A DNA stretch of 64,000 bases, taken from assembly GCA_028534125.1 (NCBI GenBank), contig CM052818.1:32862001-32926000 (forward strand), read 5' to 3'. A program made the position numbers and the translations under genes. This document shows positions 37,141 to 50,450 of this stretch, piece by piece (positions within the stretch are counted from its first letter, which is position 1; each line of letters starts with the position of its first letter). Below the pieces are notes generated by a model. The model was not told the origin of the DNA and did no database searches. It worked only from the letters and a program-made list of their open reading frames with translations. The stretch is from Lama glama (taxonomy: Eukaryota).

Positions 37141-40100
37141 TTTTAGAATACGTCTTATGGCTTTGTGTATTTTCTTATAATTAAAAAAATTAGTTTTCTC
37201 CCTAGTTATTTAAAAAATTCATTCTTTTTAAAAAGTTAAAAACATGATTCTCATACGAATACAGGATGAACATATGTCAAAGACTTTAACTCAGCGATTA
37301 ATGAGGGAACCATTAAGACGGTCACGTCTGGTTCAAAGAACAGTTTGAGGAATGGAGATTTACATTGTTAGTTGGTCAAAGGAATGCTGAAATGCTGTTG
37401 CTAACAGATAAAAAACTGGTTAATGTCTTATAGGGTAATAAAACCATAACCTTGATTTTATCTTTTTCACCAGTCATTAATCCATTAGTCAACATAACTT
37501 TATAGTATCTAGGCTCTAATCAAATAGTAAACAATAAGCAAACACAGGTGTATTTTAGATCACTAAATGTTTCTTAGATGAGCTTGTTCAGCAATGACAT
37601 TGACAGGGCATGTGGTCAGTCTCCTGCCTTCTTTCCAAATTTGGGATATTTTTTCTTAGCAATACTATACTTTGCTTCCAAGTTTGTGGTGTGGATCAAA
37701 TGAGAATGTATTAAAGTGCTTTGTGTACCATAAGGTGCCAAATATACTTTCATTATTATGGTCATTTCACAAAGCCCCCTGAATAATCTATTGGATTTAA
37801 TATGGACATGGGAAGGGAATTAATTATTGAATATCTATTTTTAAACTATTGTTTTAATCTCATTTAATTCTTGCAAAAACACTGAAAAGACACCAAATTG
37901 GCTTCAGTTTTTCTGTCTATAAGATTGGGATAATAGTAGTACCTATCTCATTGGGCTGTTATAAGAATTAATGGCTAATATAAATTTACTGTTAAAAACA
38001 GTGCCTGATGTACAGTAAATACATAAGGCATGTTGGTTCACTGAGTGTCTAATCTGTTATTTGAACAAATTTACTGAAGATTACTTTTAATCACAATGTA
38101 TTTTATTTTTAGAAGCTCCATTTGGGTCTTCTTTTAAAAATCTGCCTTTATTGAAAAAAATACTTACTGTCTCATGTTTTAAATTCCTTTTGTCTTTCAT
38201 CTTACAAAACCTACTTACATACAGTCTGTCTTCAATACGATTATGTAAAATGTGGGTCTAATCCTATCTTTTGTTGTGTCTACCAATTCTCACTGGGATT
38301 GTTTCACTTTTTTCTCTAATTAAAAGATTTGCTAGGTGCTCTGTCTCCGCAAAATAGATCTTAGTCTCTACAGTTAATTTTTTAAACCCTAGCTTATTAA
38401 CTAGAGATGGCTGGGTTCCTCAGGCCAGCTGGGAGCACAGGAACCCATAGTGTCATCATGGCCTTGTGACAATAATACGTGTCCCTCTTTTCTAGATTTT
38501 TAATTTATACCCCATTTTTTTGCAGTTCAGCCCAATGCACTGCTAGAGTCATCTGTTTTATATTTTGGGGTTATTCTTCTAGCCTGGAAACCAGTATTCA
38601 TTTTAATAAATGTCCCATTGTGTGATGAAGTTATCACTCTTGGTCAACTAACTCTTCTGAGCCTTGGTTTTCTCTTCTGTAAAAAGGGGCCGATAACAGG
38701 GACATGGAAGTTTAGTTATTGTGCACCACGTCGTCTGTCACAGTGTAAGCATTCTGTATCAACTTTTGTCGGTATTATTTTTCTTTGTACCAATCTTGCC
38801 CCACTAACACGTATAGTCTCAAATCCCATGCAGCCTGATATTACAACCATTCTAAGAATATAACCACTATTAATTCCTTGCCCCTTCCACAGTGTGCCCC
38901 TAATCTGACTGTATCTAGCTCATCCGTCCTCAGTTTTTTCTGGGCAGCATCTTTCTTGTTGACCTCTATACACACCGTGCTCTTTCATCTCCCACTTAGA
39001 TGGAGTCTTCCCAGCCTCCATGACCTCATTCTTTTCAGCCTCTAACCGAATCAGTTTACCATCCTTCAGAGCTCCACTAAAGTTCCATGTCCTTTATAAA
39101 GGCTTTTCACCAAGTTTATTCCATACTAACCTCTTTTTTGAACTCAAAAGCCTCTGCAGAGAGTACCACAGAGTGTAGCTTTCTCAGGATGTGGTGGTTT
39201 TGCTCATGGTGTGGCTGTGGCTGTCCTCCTAACTAGACTGAACATTTTCCTACAGGAAAAGGACACGTTCCAGTTCAAATCAGTGTGCTCATGTATTTTT
39301 AAATTTTGGCATTTTAAGCATTTATTTGGTGGGAATTGGGGGCCTGGCTGGTGGTTGTGTCCCTCCAGAGAGGATTTCTCTCTATTTCTGCAAGATGTTC
39401 CTTGATTACCAATCTGGAACCACATCTTTCATTAATTTTTTTCAAGCTGGGGGCACCTGGATTTTCAGGTAGTGTAAATTTCAACCCCCAACCCAAGTGA
39501 GGGTAGACTTGTGGTTATGAATGCTTAGTTCTTTGAAGTAGGAGCTACTAGAATAGAAACTTAAGGGATTTTAAAAAACTGAACTCTGCAACTGAATGGG
39601 TTATCTTTATTGTTACACTGAAGTCAGAGCACGAGCTTAGGTGCAATGGTTCTTTAGGGTATGTGTGATTCAGTCCTGGTTTTTCATCCACGGGAAGGTG
39701 TGGTGCAGGTATGCTGTTCCCCTTGTACAGAAACAGAAATTGAAGCCAGGAGGACACTCGGACTGGATAGGTCCTCTGGGGGATGATGAAATAAGATGAT
39801 GGACCCTCATGGGAGGAAGACAGACAGTCTTCATCCATACATTATTCCCCAAACCCATCTCTGGCCCTCTCCCCTTCCCCAACAGTCCAGACCCTGCCTC
39901 AATTCTTCATAGAGGAGAAAACCACCCACTTTCGTGGGTAGAGTATTTGAGTCGCAGAGAACTTTTATACAGCTCCTTGTTTTTCAGCTGTGCTGAGAGA
40001 CAGGCGAAATGGCTTTTTTTCTTCCAATTTTATAGATGAGGTATCTGGGAAACTGGGGCTCAGGTTTGGTGATAGGATTTGTTGGGAAGGCCACACATTC

Positions 40101-41067
40101 AAATGGTCCATCTGGAATTCTCTCATTCTTTGCCATCTCAGGCTTTGGGATCTGGGAGGTACTCAGAATGTTGATAATGGATTTTTGTTTGGGTTTTACT
40201 GACGTGAAATCCCCATGACACACAATTAGCCATTTTAAAGTGAACCATTCAGTGGCATTTAGTGCAGTCATCATGTTGTACAATCACTACTTCTATTTTC
40301 AAAACTTTTTCATCATCCCTCTCTCTGGGATGTTGTGCAGAATGGAAGAGATTATCTGTGTCCGACATCCAGCTCAGGGCCTCACCCCTGGTAGGGGCTC
40401 AGTGAGTGGGGGCCTGTATCATCAGACTCTGTCTAGCTCTCTCATAAACCTGGTAATATAGAGAGAGGAATTCTTTGCTAAATTTAGCACTTTGAGAAAA
40501 TCAGGTTGAGGGTATGTGAAGTATTCATGTCCCAATCATTTTTTAAAATGACATTTTAAAATTTGCTCTCTTCAGGAAACCTTCCCCAAGGAGCTCCTGT
40601 TCTTGAAAGCAGCTGGACACATTGACCTACCACTGCCTGAGTCCTGCATCACATACTGTCACAGAGCATCTTAGTTTTTGGAAAGAGTTTGTCTTCTCTG
40701 CCAGGCCATGACGTACTCAGCCTTGAGGTAGGTACCACAGTGCTCTACCTTTTCCTGGGTACAAAAAAGGTGCATAACAGGTATGTGTTGGATTGTCTCA
40801 TAGTGGCCAGCCAGCTCCAAAATTCCCACCACCGCCTGGTGACCAGCGTTTTCCCCACATTTGAGATAGTGGTGTGGTGACTGACGAGGTGATTGTTGGG
40901 AGCAGGGCTGGAGCCTGACTGGGGCGGTCTGGGCTCTGGTTGGCCTCCCTTGGACAGCTCTGGCTGAGACAGGACATGCGAGGTTCTGGCTCCCACACCT
41001 GTGCCGCACAGCCGATGGAAGGTGAGAGCTGCAAGCAGGCTAACCCAAGAATAGAACAGCTTTGGTC

Positions 41068-41073
41068 TTTATT
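41068..41073 (-). terminator. PLB1: PLB1 polyadenylation signal AATAAA
   Basis: tttatt on the + strand ~180 nt after the stop; U/GU-rich sequence follows on the minus strand. Confidence 0.8.
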
Positions 41074-41255
41074 TAAATGTGCCAATTTCAGGAGCAAAGG
41101 TCCCAGGCCCCAAGAAGTTGTGACTGTCCCTTTGGCTTCGTATGTCACCAGGTGTTGAAGTGAGGTGAAGTGAGGGCCAGGGGTGGCTGAGGTAGGGGTT
41201 GGTGGGGAGCGTGGCTGGGGAAGTTAGGATGGGAGCCTGCATGTGGCTGGCAGGC

Positions 41256-41459
41256 CTAGAAACGCATCGTGTTCAGATCGATGGACAGATTTTCCCTCTG
41301 GCGACCTCTCAGGGCTCTCCATATCATCATTGCACTGACACCAACCACCAGGCCGCCTCCTGCCGCCACTGGCAGGGCCCAGGAGAGCACCTGGGGGCCT
41401 GCTTCAGCCTGGTCTTGGAGCAGCTGACTGTTCCTCAGGGTACGGAGGTAAGGGCTCTC
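41256..41459 (-). CDS. PLB1: PLB1 terminal coding exon: transmembrane anchor, cytoplasmic tail and stop
   Basis: cccag| then ESPYLRTLRNSQLLQDQAEAGPQVLSWALPVAAGGGLVVGVSAMMIWRALRGRQRENLSIDLNTMRF-TAG; hydrophobic stretch followed by basic residues. Confidence 0.95.
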   Translation of the reverse strand, partial: ESPYLRTLRNSQLLQDQAEAGPQVLSWALPVAAGGGLVVGVSAMMIWRALRGRQRENLSIDLNTMRF

Positions 41460-42982
41460 CTGGGGAGGAGGAGAGGGTCAGGGTTAAGGGCCTGAAGACC
41501 ATCCATCTGAGGCCTGCTTACTGCCCCTCCCAGAGACAGCACAATAATCTTGGTTCCACCACTCTTCCCTGTTTGTAACACACCTTCATCCACGCTGTGC
41601 TCAAAGCCAGTGCCCATCCACTCACCCTGTGAATGAGGAGGGGTGTCCGAAGTGGCCAATACCTAGCCACAACTTTTGGTTTCTTACCGACATCAACTTC
41701 CCTGTTAATTTTGCAAGGTTGGAAACTGACAGGTGACCCATGGGGAGCTGGCAGAGCCCCACCTCTGTTTCCTCCAGGCCCCTACTGGACAACTAGTCCC
41801 ATTCTCCCAGCCCAGGGGTGCCCGGGAGCGGGAAAGGCGGGTGGAGGGACAGCTGGTTCTGTAGTAGATGAAGAACCCAACATGTGAAGGACCTGCCTCC
41901 CTGGAATCTTTCCTCCCTCCCACTGATGGTGTGCTTGCCATGGGGAGCCCAGTGCTAGGAGCTGGGAGAGTGCCTGGGGGTTCAGATGTGACATCTGTCA
42001 TCATCCATTTGGGAGATAAGACGTGTTCAGAAACAATCACATCACAAAGGAGCCTGAGTCAGTGCTTGTGAGGTGCACACAGAAAAGAGAGACCAACAGA
42101 GGTGTGTGTCTGGAGCGGGTACAGGAGGGTGAAATGAGGTGAACGGCAGCCTGGGGAGGGCAGCATCTGGGCCTTGCAGGATGTGAGACATTCCTGCAGG
42201 CGGAGATGGGGGACGTGCCTCCTTGAGGAGCCAATGGCAGAAGTGAGAGCACAGATGGGGGCCATCGTGGGGCTTCTCTGGGAAGATGCTCTGTTTTCCG
42301 GGAGCAGAGTGCGTGCCTAAGGTGGTAGAGGAAGAGGGGCCTCCGTCTGGACTCTATTCAGTGGGCACAGGGACCAGGCTTCAGGCAGCCTCGAAAAGAC
42401 TGGAGTTCCTTCCAGGTGGGCTGCTCTGTGTCAGGCAGTGATTACAAGATGGACGGAGAAGGGAGGAGGGAGAGCCAGGGAAGAGGTAGGGGCTTGGTCA
42501 GTGGTCCGGGTGAGGGCCGTGCGGGCCTGGAAACTGGCAGTGTTGGAAAGGGAGGAAGAGGATGCAGCCTCCCGGCACAGACACACGGTGTCTCATTTCT
42601 CTTTGCCTTCTGACCCTCTGCTCTCGGTAGCCTTCCTGGCAGGGGAGGCCCCCTTGACATATGCTTAAGACGGAGGATGCCCAGGCTCCCCGGGGTCATG
42701 GGAATAATGAGGTTCTGGCCAGTGCTTGCTCATCTTCCTCCCCTTAGGGCCTCTTCCTGCTTCAGCGAACCCTCTGCTTCCTCCCTCCCCTCACTCACCC
42801 TGAGAAGGCCCTGAGAAGCATGGGGCAGTGAGGAGAGGTGAGATTTGAGAATGGTGGTAGTGAGTAGAACGTGCATGATGTAAAGCCTCCCAGGGGACTC
42901 TTGCGCCTCCAGGTGGCCAGGAACCTCCCCCAGCCCCAACCCAGGCACCTGTTCCCCACCCGACAGGTGGGACCTTACTCAC

Positions 42983-43057
42983 AGAAGACGGGCACTTGAG
43001 TTTGGTTCTGCTGTAGGTGAAGTTGTTGGAGGTCGTCTTACCGCCAACTGGTTCCAG
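42983..43057 (-). CDS. PLB1: PLB1 penultimate coding exon
   Basis: ctcag|...|gtgagt, 75 nt, [25 protein letters not shown]. Confidence 0.96.
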
Positions 43058-44519
43058 CTGAGGGAGAAAAGGAAACCCTGATTCCCTCCCAGACTAGGGG
43101 AGAGCCCCCCATCGGAGGCGTATCTCACATTAGATTCCCTCCCTTTGCAAGGCTGAAACCAGCACAGGGGCAAGACTCATGGCAGAAATTAGCAGCCCCA
43201 CGGCTGGAGCTGGACCTGACCTCTGACTCACAGAGTGGCAAGTCAGAGTCCATCAGAGCAGTGAGACCCTGAGTCTGTGTCTTGGATTTATTGAGGAGGA
43301 CACTGAGGCCCAGGAGAGCCGGGCTGGTCCAGAGGCTCCACTGAGTAGATGGGAAGGCAGGGCCCAGAACCTCCATCTCCTGCTTCCCTTGTGGGTGGGT
43401 GGCTGTGATTGCAGACACTGCATTTTCAACTTTATAAAATGGTGATAATCATATTTACCAACTTCGTGAAGTGTGTGGGGCTAGTCAATTTCAGGAAAAC
43501 TCGGAAAACATGCTGGTTACCATGACACCGTTACTACACTTGGCTTGTCAACCCGAAGAAACTGGAGTTTTCTCACTTGAGCTACTTCTGGCTGTTTTCC
43601 GCATAGATGAAAAGGTTTACTTGAAATATCCTGGGAGCAGTTGTGGTTCAAGGAGGTTCTGCTTAATGCCTTTCATCCTGGGGCCCTCTGAGAATGAGCT
43701 GGAAGCTGCTGTAACCACCCCTTCCCCTGCCCCCTAGCATCTTTGGCCTGTAGCCTGTCTCCTGACGTGTGGCCAGCACCGAGGAGAATGAATCCCTGGC
43801 ACTCAGCCATTCAGGCTCGGTCCTGAACGTCTAGGCTCCACCCATCATATAACCTGCTTCCCTACCTGTCCCTGACCTCATCAGCTCCTGACTCCCAGGT
43901 ACTGCCAGTGAGGGAAGTGAAAGTATGCTATGCCAGCTAATGACCACCCCTGGCCATGACCTTGCTTTTTGTTGGCTTAAAGCCTTTCACACCTGCTTGT
44001 CAGTAACAATTAGAGGCGGAAGGGCTGCTCTGGTCCTGGGAGAGACACCACGGTGACTGGACACAGCACAGTGGGCACATCGGCTGGGGGCCTGGCTCTG
44101 CTGATGAGCAGTGTGGTGCCTGAAAGACTCCTGAAATGCCCCCAGGTTGGGCAGAGGCATTAAACCCTGTCCTGAAAATTCCACGTTTGGTTGTTGTGAA
44201 CATCAAAGGAGAAGATGAAACATGTGAGCAGGAGGCGGCTGACATAAGTAAGACAGTATTATTTCTGCTATCACAGAACCACCTAGTGACAGAACGAATG
44301 CCGCAGATCAGGTTGGCTGATTCCCAGTGATATTCCAGGAGCCCAGGAACAAACTGGTGTAGAAGAAGGTAATGATCATATGGGTTTGATGATTGTATCA
44401 GTTTCTCCCTTTCCTCTGGTTCGTTGGCATCAGTGCACAACCCACTCTATCTCCCAGCCTTTAACTGTCCCCCTGGTCCCACCCTCCTCCAGCTGCCTTC
44501 ACCACTGCTCTTCATAACT

Positions 44520-45800
44520 TTAGGAAGAATCGTTTGTAGCCACTGGTCGTGCTTGCCAACCTCCCATTCTAATACCCATTCCAATAGGTTCTTTAGTCTC
44601 TGTCACTTGACTGAAGCTCTGGTGAAGGTCACCAATGACCTCCATATTGCCGATTCAGTGGGCATTTTTTTTGGTCTTCATCTTGCTTGACTTTTCAGCA
44701 GTATTTGTCCAAGTTGATGCCTCCCTTTCAAAATACTTCTCTTGGCTCCTGTGACACGCACCTTTGTTTCTTCCTACCTCCCCACTCTCCTCATCTGTCC
44801 CTGGGTCAAAAGTTGGAATGAACACCCTAGGGCTTGGCAGGTGGTCCTCTACTTTTCCCACCTAGTCTTTCTCTAGGAGCTCGCAGTCAATCCCATGGTC
44901 TTGAATACCACTTCTGTGCTAATAACTGCCACGTTTCCCCGCTAAATCTCCATTCCTGACTATCTCTGAGCTCCAGAATCATACATTTAACACCTTACCT
45001 GATACCTCCAGGTGGATTTCCAGGAGGCAGCTCTTACTTACCATGTCCAAAATGAGAACTTTTGATTTTTACCTTCCCAGCCCTATGTCTCTCTGCATGT
45101 GTCAACCATCTGTCCAATTTCCTTAACCCCAAACTCAAGTTATCTTTTGTTCCTCTTCTATTTCATCACCAGCCAGTCCAAGACACATCTATATACCTGA
45201 TCACTTCTCTCCTCCTCTGCTGTCACCCTGGTCCTGGCCACCTTTATCTCTTACGTGGACTTTAGCTTCTGAAAGGTCTTCCTAATTCCACTCTTGCTTC
45301 CCTCTAGTCAATCTAAACAGTGGCCAGTGGGCCGACCAGATCAATGGCTTTCCATTTCAAAGCCCTCCCAGGACTTGGCCCCTGCTGTCGCCCACCTCTC
45401 TGCCCTTGCTCCCTCCCCTCCAGCTGCACTGGCCTTGATGCATCTCAGACACTTCAAACTCATTCCTGACTCTGGGCCCACACAGGTCCTGTTTCCTCTG
45501 CCTGGAACACTCTGGCCCGGGACCTCTGCACGCCTGGCAGCCTCTCGACATTCAGTTCTCAGTTCACATGTCCCCCTCCGGTGAGGCCTCCCTCTCCCCC
45601 TCCCTTACTCTCTGTCACATCACCCTGTTTTTGTTTTTGTTTTTTTAAACCCTGCATGTTGTCAGAAATTACTTTGATTTGTTTGGGTTTTTTTAATCTC
45701 TTTTCTCTACCAGACTGTGAGCTCCACGGGAAGCGGGGACAATCTTTTCCCAGCACCTGAAGCAGTACCGGCTGCATAGGGCACTCCAGAAATGGATGGA
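44520..45800 (+). mobile_element. L2 LINE remnant in a PLB1 intron
   Basis: aaggtcaccaatgacctccatattgcc; 3' end cagactgtgagctccacgggaagcgggg ... atggatggat. Confidence 0.8.
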
Positions 45801-46439
45801 TCAACTGGAGTCACAGAGACCTGGAAGACGGGGCCTGGGACTGGCCATGGGACAGGAGTTGTGTTTCCTAGAACCCGTCTTTCCTAAGGTGGACCCTGAG
45901 GACATCAACCATGTGGCAAATGACTGCGACAAAGCAGGGGGCAAGATGGGCCTCCAGTCTGCTCTGGGGACTCAGCTGGTACCTGAGGTGAGTGCTGATG
46001 TGGGTAAGAGCTAGCCAGGAGAAGGGGCTGAAAGGGCCGCGGGAGACAAGGAGAAAGCAGAGTAAACCCACAGAGGCATGTAGGAGTGAGGTGATGCTGC
46101 AAGCTGCACTCCTGGCTGGATGGCCAAGTGCAAATCCAGGGGAGGCCGAGCGGCTGCTGGAGAGGTTAACTGGGGCCAGGTCGCAGAAGGCCCAGGGTGC
46201 TGGGCTGAGGGGTTGGCCTTTCTTCTTCAGGGAAGGCCAGACCTTGGAAGTCTGAGTGACCTGGTCAGATTTCATTAAGGAAGACTGCTGTGGTTGCCCT
46301 GTGGCAAACAGATCTCAGGCAGTGGTTTGCAAACCACATATAACAATATCACCTGGGGCGCTTTTAAACTGTACTGAGCCCAGGTGCTATCCCAGACTGA
46401 GTCAGAAGTTCTGGAGGGTGAGACCCAGACACTGGCATT

Positions 46440-46657
46440 TTTTTTTAAAGTGAACTTTTTACTGAAGCTAACATATGTAGAGAAACAAGTACAAATCACA
46501 AGTGAGCTACTGATAACTTGTGGTGAAATGGGCTTGCCCACGTAACTAGCATCCAGATCAAGGGACAGAGTAACATCAGTTCTTGGAAGCCCCCTCCTCC
46601 TCTCTTCCAGTACAGTTCATCCCCCAGTAAGACCATGCATTAATTCTCTTGTTTTTG

Positions 46658-46699
<42 letters not shown>

Positions 46700-46980
46700 T
46701 TGCATATTGTTGAAGTTTTATTCGCAATGCTGTAAGCTATTCTATTGTATGAAGGTACCACGGTTTGTTTATCCAATCTGCTGCTGGTAGACATTTGGGG
46801 AGTTTCCCATTTAAGGACTGTGAATAGGGCTGCTATGAAAATTCTGTTGTGCCCATCTTTTGGTGAATCCGTGTCTACCTTTCTGTTAGGGACCTACATC
46901 GGAGTGAAATTGTGGGGTCACAGCAAATACATATGTTCAGCTTTAGTAGATATTCCAAGGTTTCCCAAAGTGCTTGTAGG
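46440..46980 (-). mobile_element. L1 3' fragment interrupting a MER5-like MITE (46320-46440 and ~46995-47040)
   Basis: L1 3'UTR motifs (gtagacatttggg..gtttcc, gctgctatgaaaattc) between the two MER5 halves. Confidence 0.65.
46660..46697. repeat. (GT)19 microsatellite
   Basis: Read directly; uninterrupted. Confidence 0.97.
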
Positions 46981-48417
46981 TAATAATTGTTTTTAAAAGT
47001 CCCCAGGTCATTGTCATACACAGCCAGGGCTGATTATTGCTCTTCTAATGGCTGTAAGCCTGGAGACAGGGATGCCAATTAGGAGACTAGCATTGTCACC
47101 CAGCGCCCGGGGAGATGTCAGTGTTAGCTGAGAGGGAGCAGGCAGCCATGGGGGAAGAGACATCAGAAAAGAGGAGGAGAAATTATTCATAAGAAGACAA
47201 GAGGAGGAAAATGTTCCCTAGTGCTGTTGATGTTTCTGGCTTTGTGAAAGTGTCTGGAGAAGGAGGCAGAAACTGTTCAGGGAGATGAAACATTTTCAAG
47301 TATTTGTTGCCACAGTGGGGTACCCGAGGTGTCAGCCAAAGCCTGCAGACACTATGTCATAGGACCCTAATTACGAGACATGAATTCACCAGTTACACAT
47401 GTGCTTATCAGATTGGGAGCTGGGAGGCAGGGTGGTGCTGTGGCCGGGCCACTTGGCCATTAGACCTGGGTTCTAATCCCTGTTCTGCCACTAACTGTCT
47501 GTGTGGTCCTGGACAAACTGCCCCATGTCTCTGTATTTCAGTTACAGAACATCCTGGCTAGATGACCTCTGAGATCCGGTCCAGTGCTATTGGTTTCTTA
47601 TTAATTTTCTGTCACTCCAGGGGTAAAATTCTAGTAAGAAAGATGATGATCTGAAAAGTTGGCATAATGCTGTAGCTTTATATCTGAGATGGCTCTGGAT
47701 GAAAACACTGGACCATGTCATTATTTCCCTAAACGCTATAGCACAGGATAAGATGCTGTTAGATGATTTTAGATTTGTTTTACTTTTAAAATTTGGGGCA
47801 TGGCTGAGACAGTGCCTGGTGAGCCATGGGCAGTCTCATAGTATAAATAATATGGCTCCATGGCAGTATTCACCTTTTGTTTACAGATCTAATCCCTCCC
47901 ACTTGCTTTTATGAAACAGAAGCCTCTCACCTGGGTAGATGGGAAGAACTACTGAGCTGCTTTGGAAGAGAAGGCCAGAACTACATTAATTCGCTCAGAA
48001 TGAGACCAGTGGGCCCTGTCATGTTCAAGTTATCAACATGGCCTTTAAGCCCCAGGAGGCCCATGAACGGTCCTGGCAGTAAGAAGGCTCAGAATGCCAC
48101 CAGGTAGGAAGACCACACCTTGATGGGAATGCTTGGGGTAGGGAAGGGCTAAGGGCTTAGCATTCCTGCCCCTCCTGGGAATCTGTGGATTTCCCTGTAT
48201 TCACAGGGGGATACATGGGACCATGTGTAGATATGCAGTCTTTGAGGGGAGTTTAAAGGAATGGAGGAACTCTGCCACTGCAAGACGACTGGACTCCAAA
48301 GCAAAAAATTTTCAAAAAAAGAAACTGCTCTCAGGAATTACAGTGTATAAACTTTGGTTAACTTTGATTTTAAAAATTAGGATGGAGGTAGGGTTGGGAG
48401 GGAACTCAGACATTTTG

Positions 48418-48844
48418 TGAAGTCACACAGAGACAGACAAATATATGATATCACTTACATGTAAATAGTACAAATGAACTTATTTACAAAACAGAAACAG
48501 ATTCACAGACAGAAAACAAAACAAACTTATGGTTACCAAAGGGGCAGGGGGAGGGAGTGATAAATTAGGAGTATGTGATTAACAGATACAAACTACTGTA
48601 TGTAAGATTCTACTGCATTTCACAGGGAACTATATTCAATACCTTGTAATAACCTATAATGGAAGAAAATCAAAAAGAGTATATATATATATATATATAT
48701 ATATACTCTTTGTGTATATATATGTATATACACACACAAATGAATTTTTGTATATATATACACACACACACTAATGAATCACTTTGCTGTACATCTGAAA
48801 CTAACACAATACTGTAAATCAACTATACTTCAATTTAAAAAAAA
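48418..48844 (+). mobile_element. 5'-truncated L1 3' end (cetartiodactyl-type) with internal (TA)n/(CA)n and A tail
   Basis: aaacttatggttaccaaagggg ... gaatcactttgctgtacatctgaaactaacacaatactgtaaatcaactatacttcaat + poly-A; putative TSD agacattttg (48408-48417) / agacgttttg (48845-48854). Confidence 0.9.
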
Positions 48845-50354
48845 AGACGTTTTGATTGCAATTCTGAGTCCTAGGCTGACAGATGTGATGAAAGTTCTAA
48901 GAGTGGGCAGAATGTGATGTCAACAGGAGGAAAACACCGGGAAAACAAAAGCAGAGGAAGGCTGAGTCTGCAGTTAAGTAGGCCGAGGATAAAACCTCCT
49001 CCCATGCTGTCCTGAGAAGAGGAGGTTGCTAGAGAGGAGGAGGTGGCGTAGCTAAGGAGAAAATCAACACTGTGAGTCAGCCGAGTGAGACACTGGACAT
49101 ACTGGGCGAGCGGACAGCTGTGGGAATATTTGCACAGTGCTGGTTGGCAGCGCCACAGTGGGCCTGACACTGCGATAAAAGGAGCAGGAGTGGGGACTGT
49201 TCCGTCACCATGGGAGAAATGAGGGAGCATGCAGGTTGGGGTGGGGATTGGGTTACCCGCTGAGCCTAGATCAAAAGAAGCCAGTGGGTTGGAAAGGCAT
49301 TTCATTTGCTCTGTGCAGGAGGATACAGCTCTCAGGGTGAACAGTCAAGCTCTGTGCAAACACAGCTGATTGTCCAGTAGTGAGTGGCCAGACATAAAGG
49401 GCAGAGGCAAGGCACAAGGCTGGGTTGTTCCTGTGGCCCTGGGCTGTAGGTTCATTTCATTAGGTCCCCATTCTCCCCATCAGAAAAGACTAGAATAGGT
49501 GGCAGCCAGGGGAAACAGGCTGAGGGGCTCTTTCCTCTGTGATGTGTAAGGAAATAATAGTTGGGAGTGTGTCGAGACTGGAGTAACAGGGCTGACATCT
49601 GTTGAAGGCCTATTATTGTGCTGGGGGCTGTGTATACATTTTTGTTATTTTTGTAGATGATATTGATACAAATGGTTGGAGAGAGATCATTTGCCCATGG
49701 TCACACCATTAAGGGGTTGAAGCTGACATTCTGATCCCGTCTATCTGATGACAAAGTTATTCCCCAGCAGCATGGGGACATTCCCGAAAGAATAACCTCC
49801 TTTGTCCTACATAATAGTATCTCCAAATCCAGCTAGTTAGGGAAATATTTAAGGTGTGAACTCATGCAAGATTACTGGGCAGATAGGAGCTCTGAATGAG
49901 TCTTCAACATGAAGTACTTGGGGATGAAGCCAAACAAAGCAAAACAACAATAGAATCAAAACATCATAGTAATAATTGATTTCCCCCAACTTCTTAAGAA
50001 ACCCTGGTTATGCTTCTCACTATCTGTTAATTTGAGTTTCTATCTATGTGAAAGCAAAACAAGTATACGGTGTCAGCACTATAGCAGTTAGAGGGCTAGA
50101 GTGGGGAACCGGGAACCCAGCAGATTCCCTGAGTTGAAGGAGATAAAGCTGAGCCTGGGGGAAAGTAAGGTAGCTAGAGCGAGGGCTAGCTCAGCGGGAC
50201 AGGGTGAGAGGGAGAGAAGGATAGAGGGAGATTTTGAACTTCAGGGAGAAAGGAACCATGTCAGTCAGCAGGTTTGTTGTTACGGGAAAGAGAGCAGTAT
50301 CCTGGGGTTGCCCCCCGCCCCCGACACAAGCTGGCTGGACCCTCCGGCACTCAC

Positions 50355-50450
50355 CATGTTGTTCCAGAGAGCGATGGCCATCTCTGCGTGCCCGCGTTCT
50401 GAGAAGTGGAAACAGTCCTCAGAGAAGAAGGTGAGGTCAGCGCCCCCTCG
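50355..50450 (-). CDS. PLB1: PLB1 coding exon with SGNH block V (DxxH)
   Basis: cacag|...|gtgagt, 96 nt, [32 protein letters not shown]. Confidence 0.97.

Noticed and set aside
1..41000. Numerous 60-170 aa ORFs in the intergenic part
   Set aside because: None shows a recognisable domain or consistent exon chain; several are translations of L1, MIR or MER repeats.
42790..42830. Strong-looking donor (CAGG|gtgagt) in the last PLB1 intron
   Set aside because: No convincing exon pairs with it, and the canonical chain is already complete and in frame.
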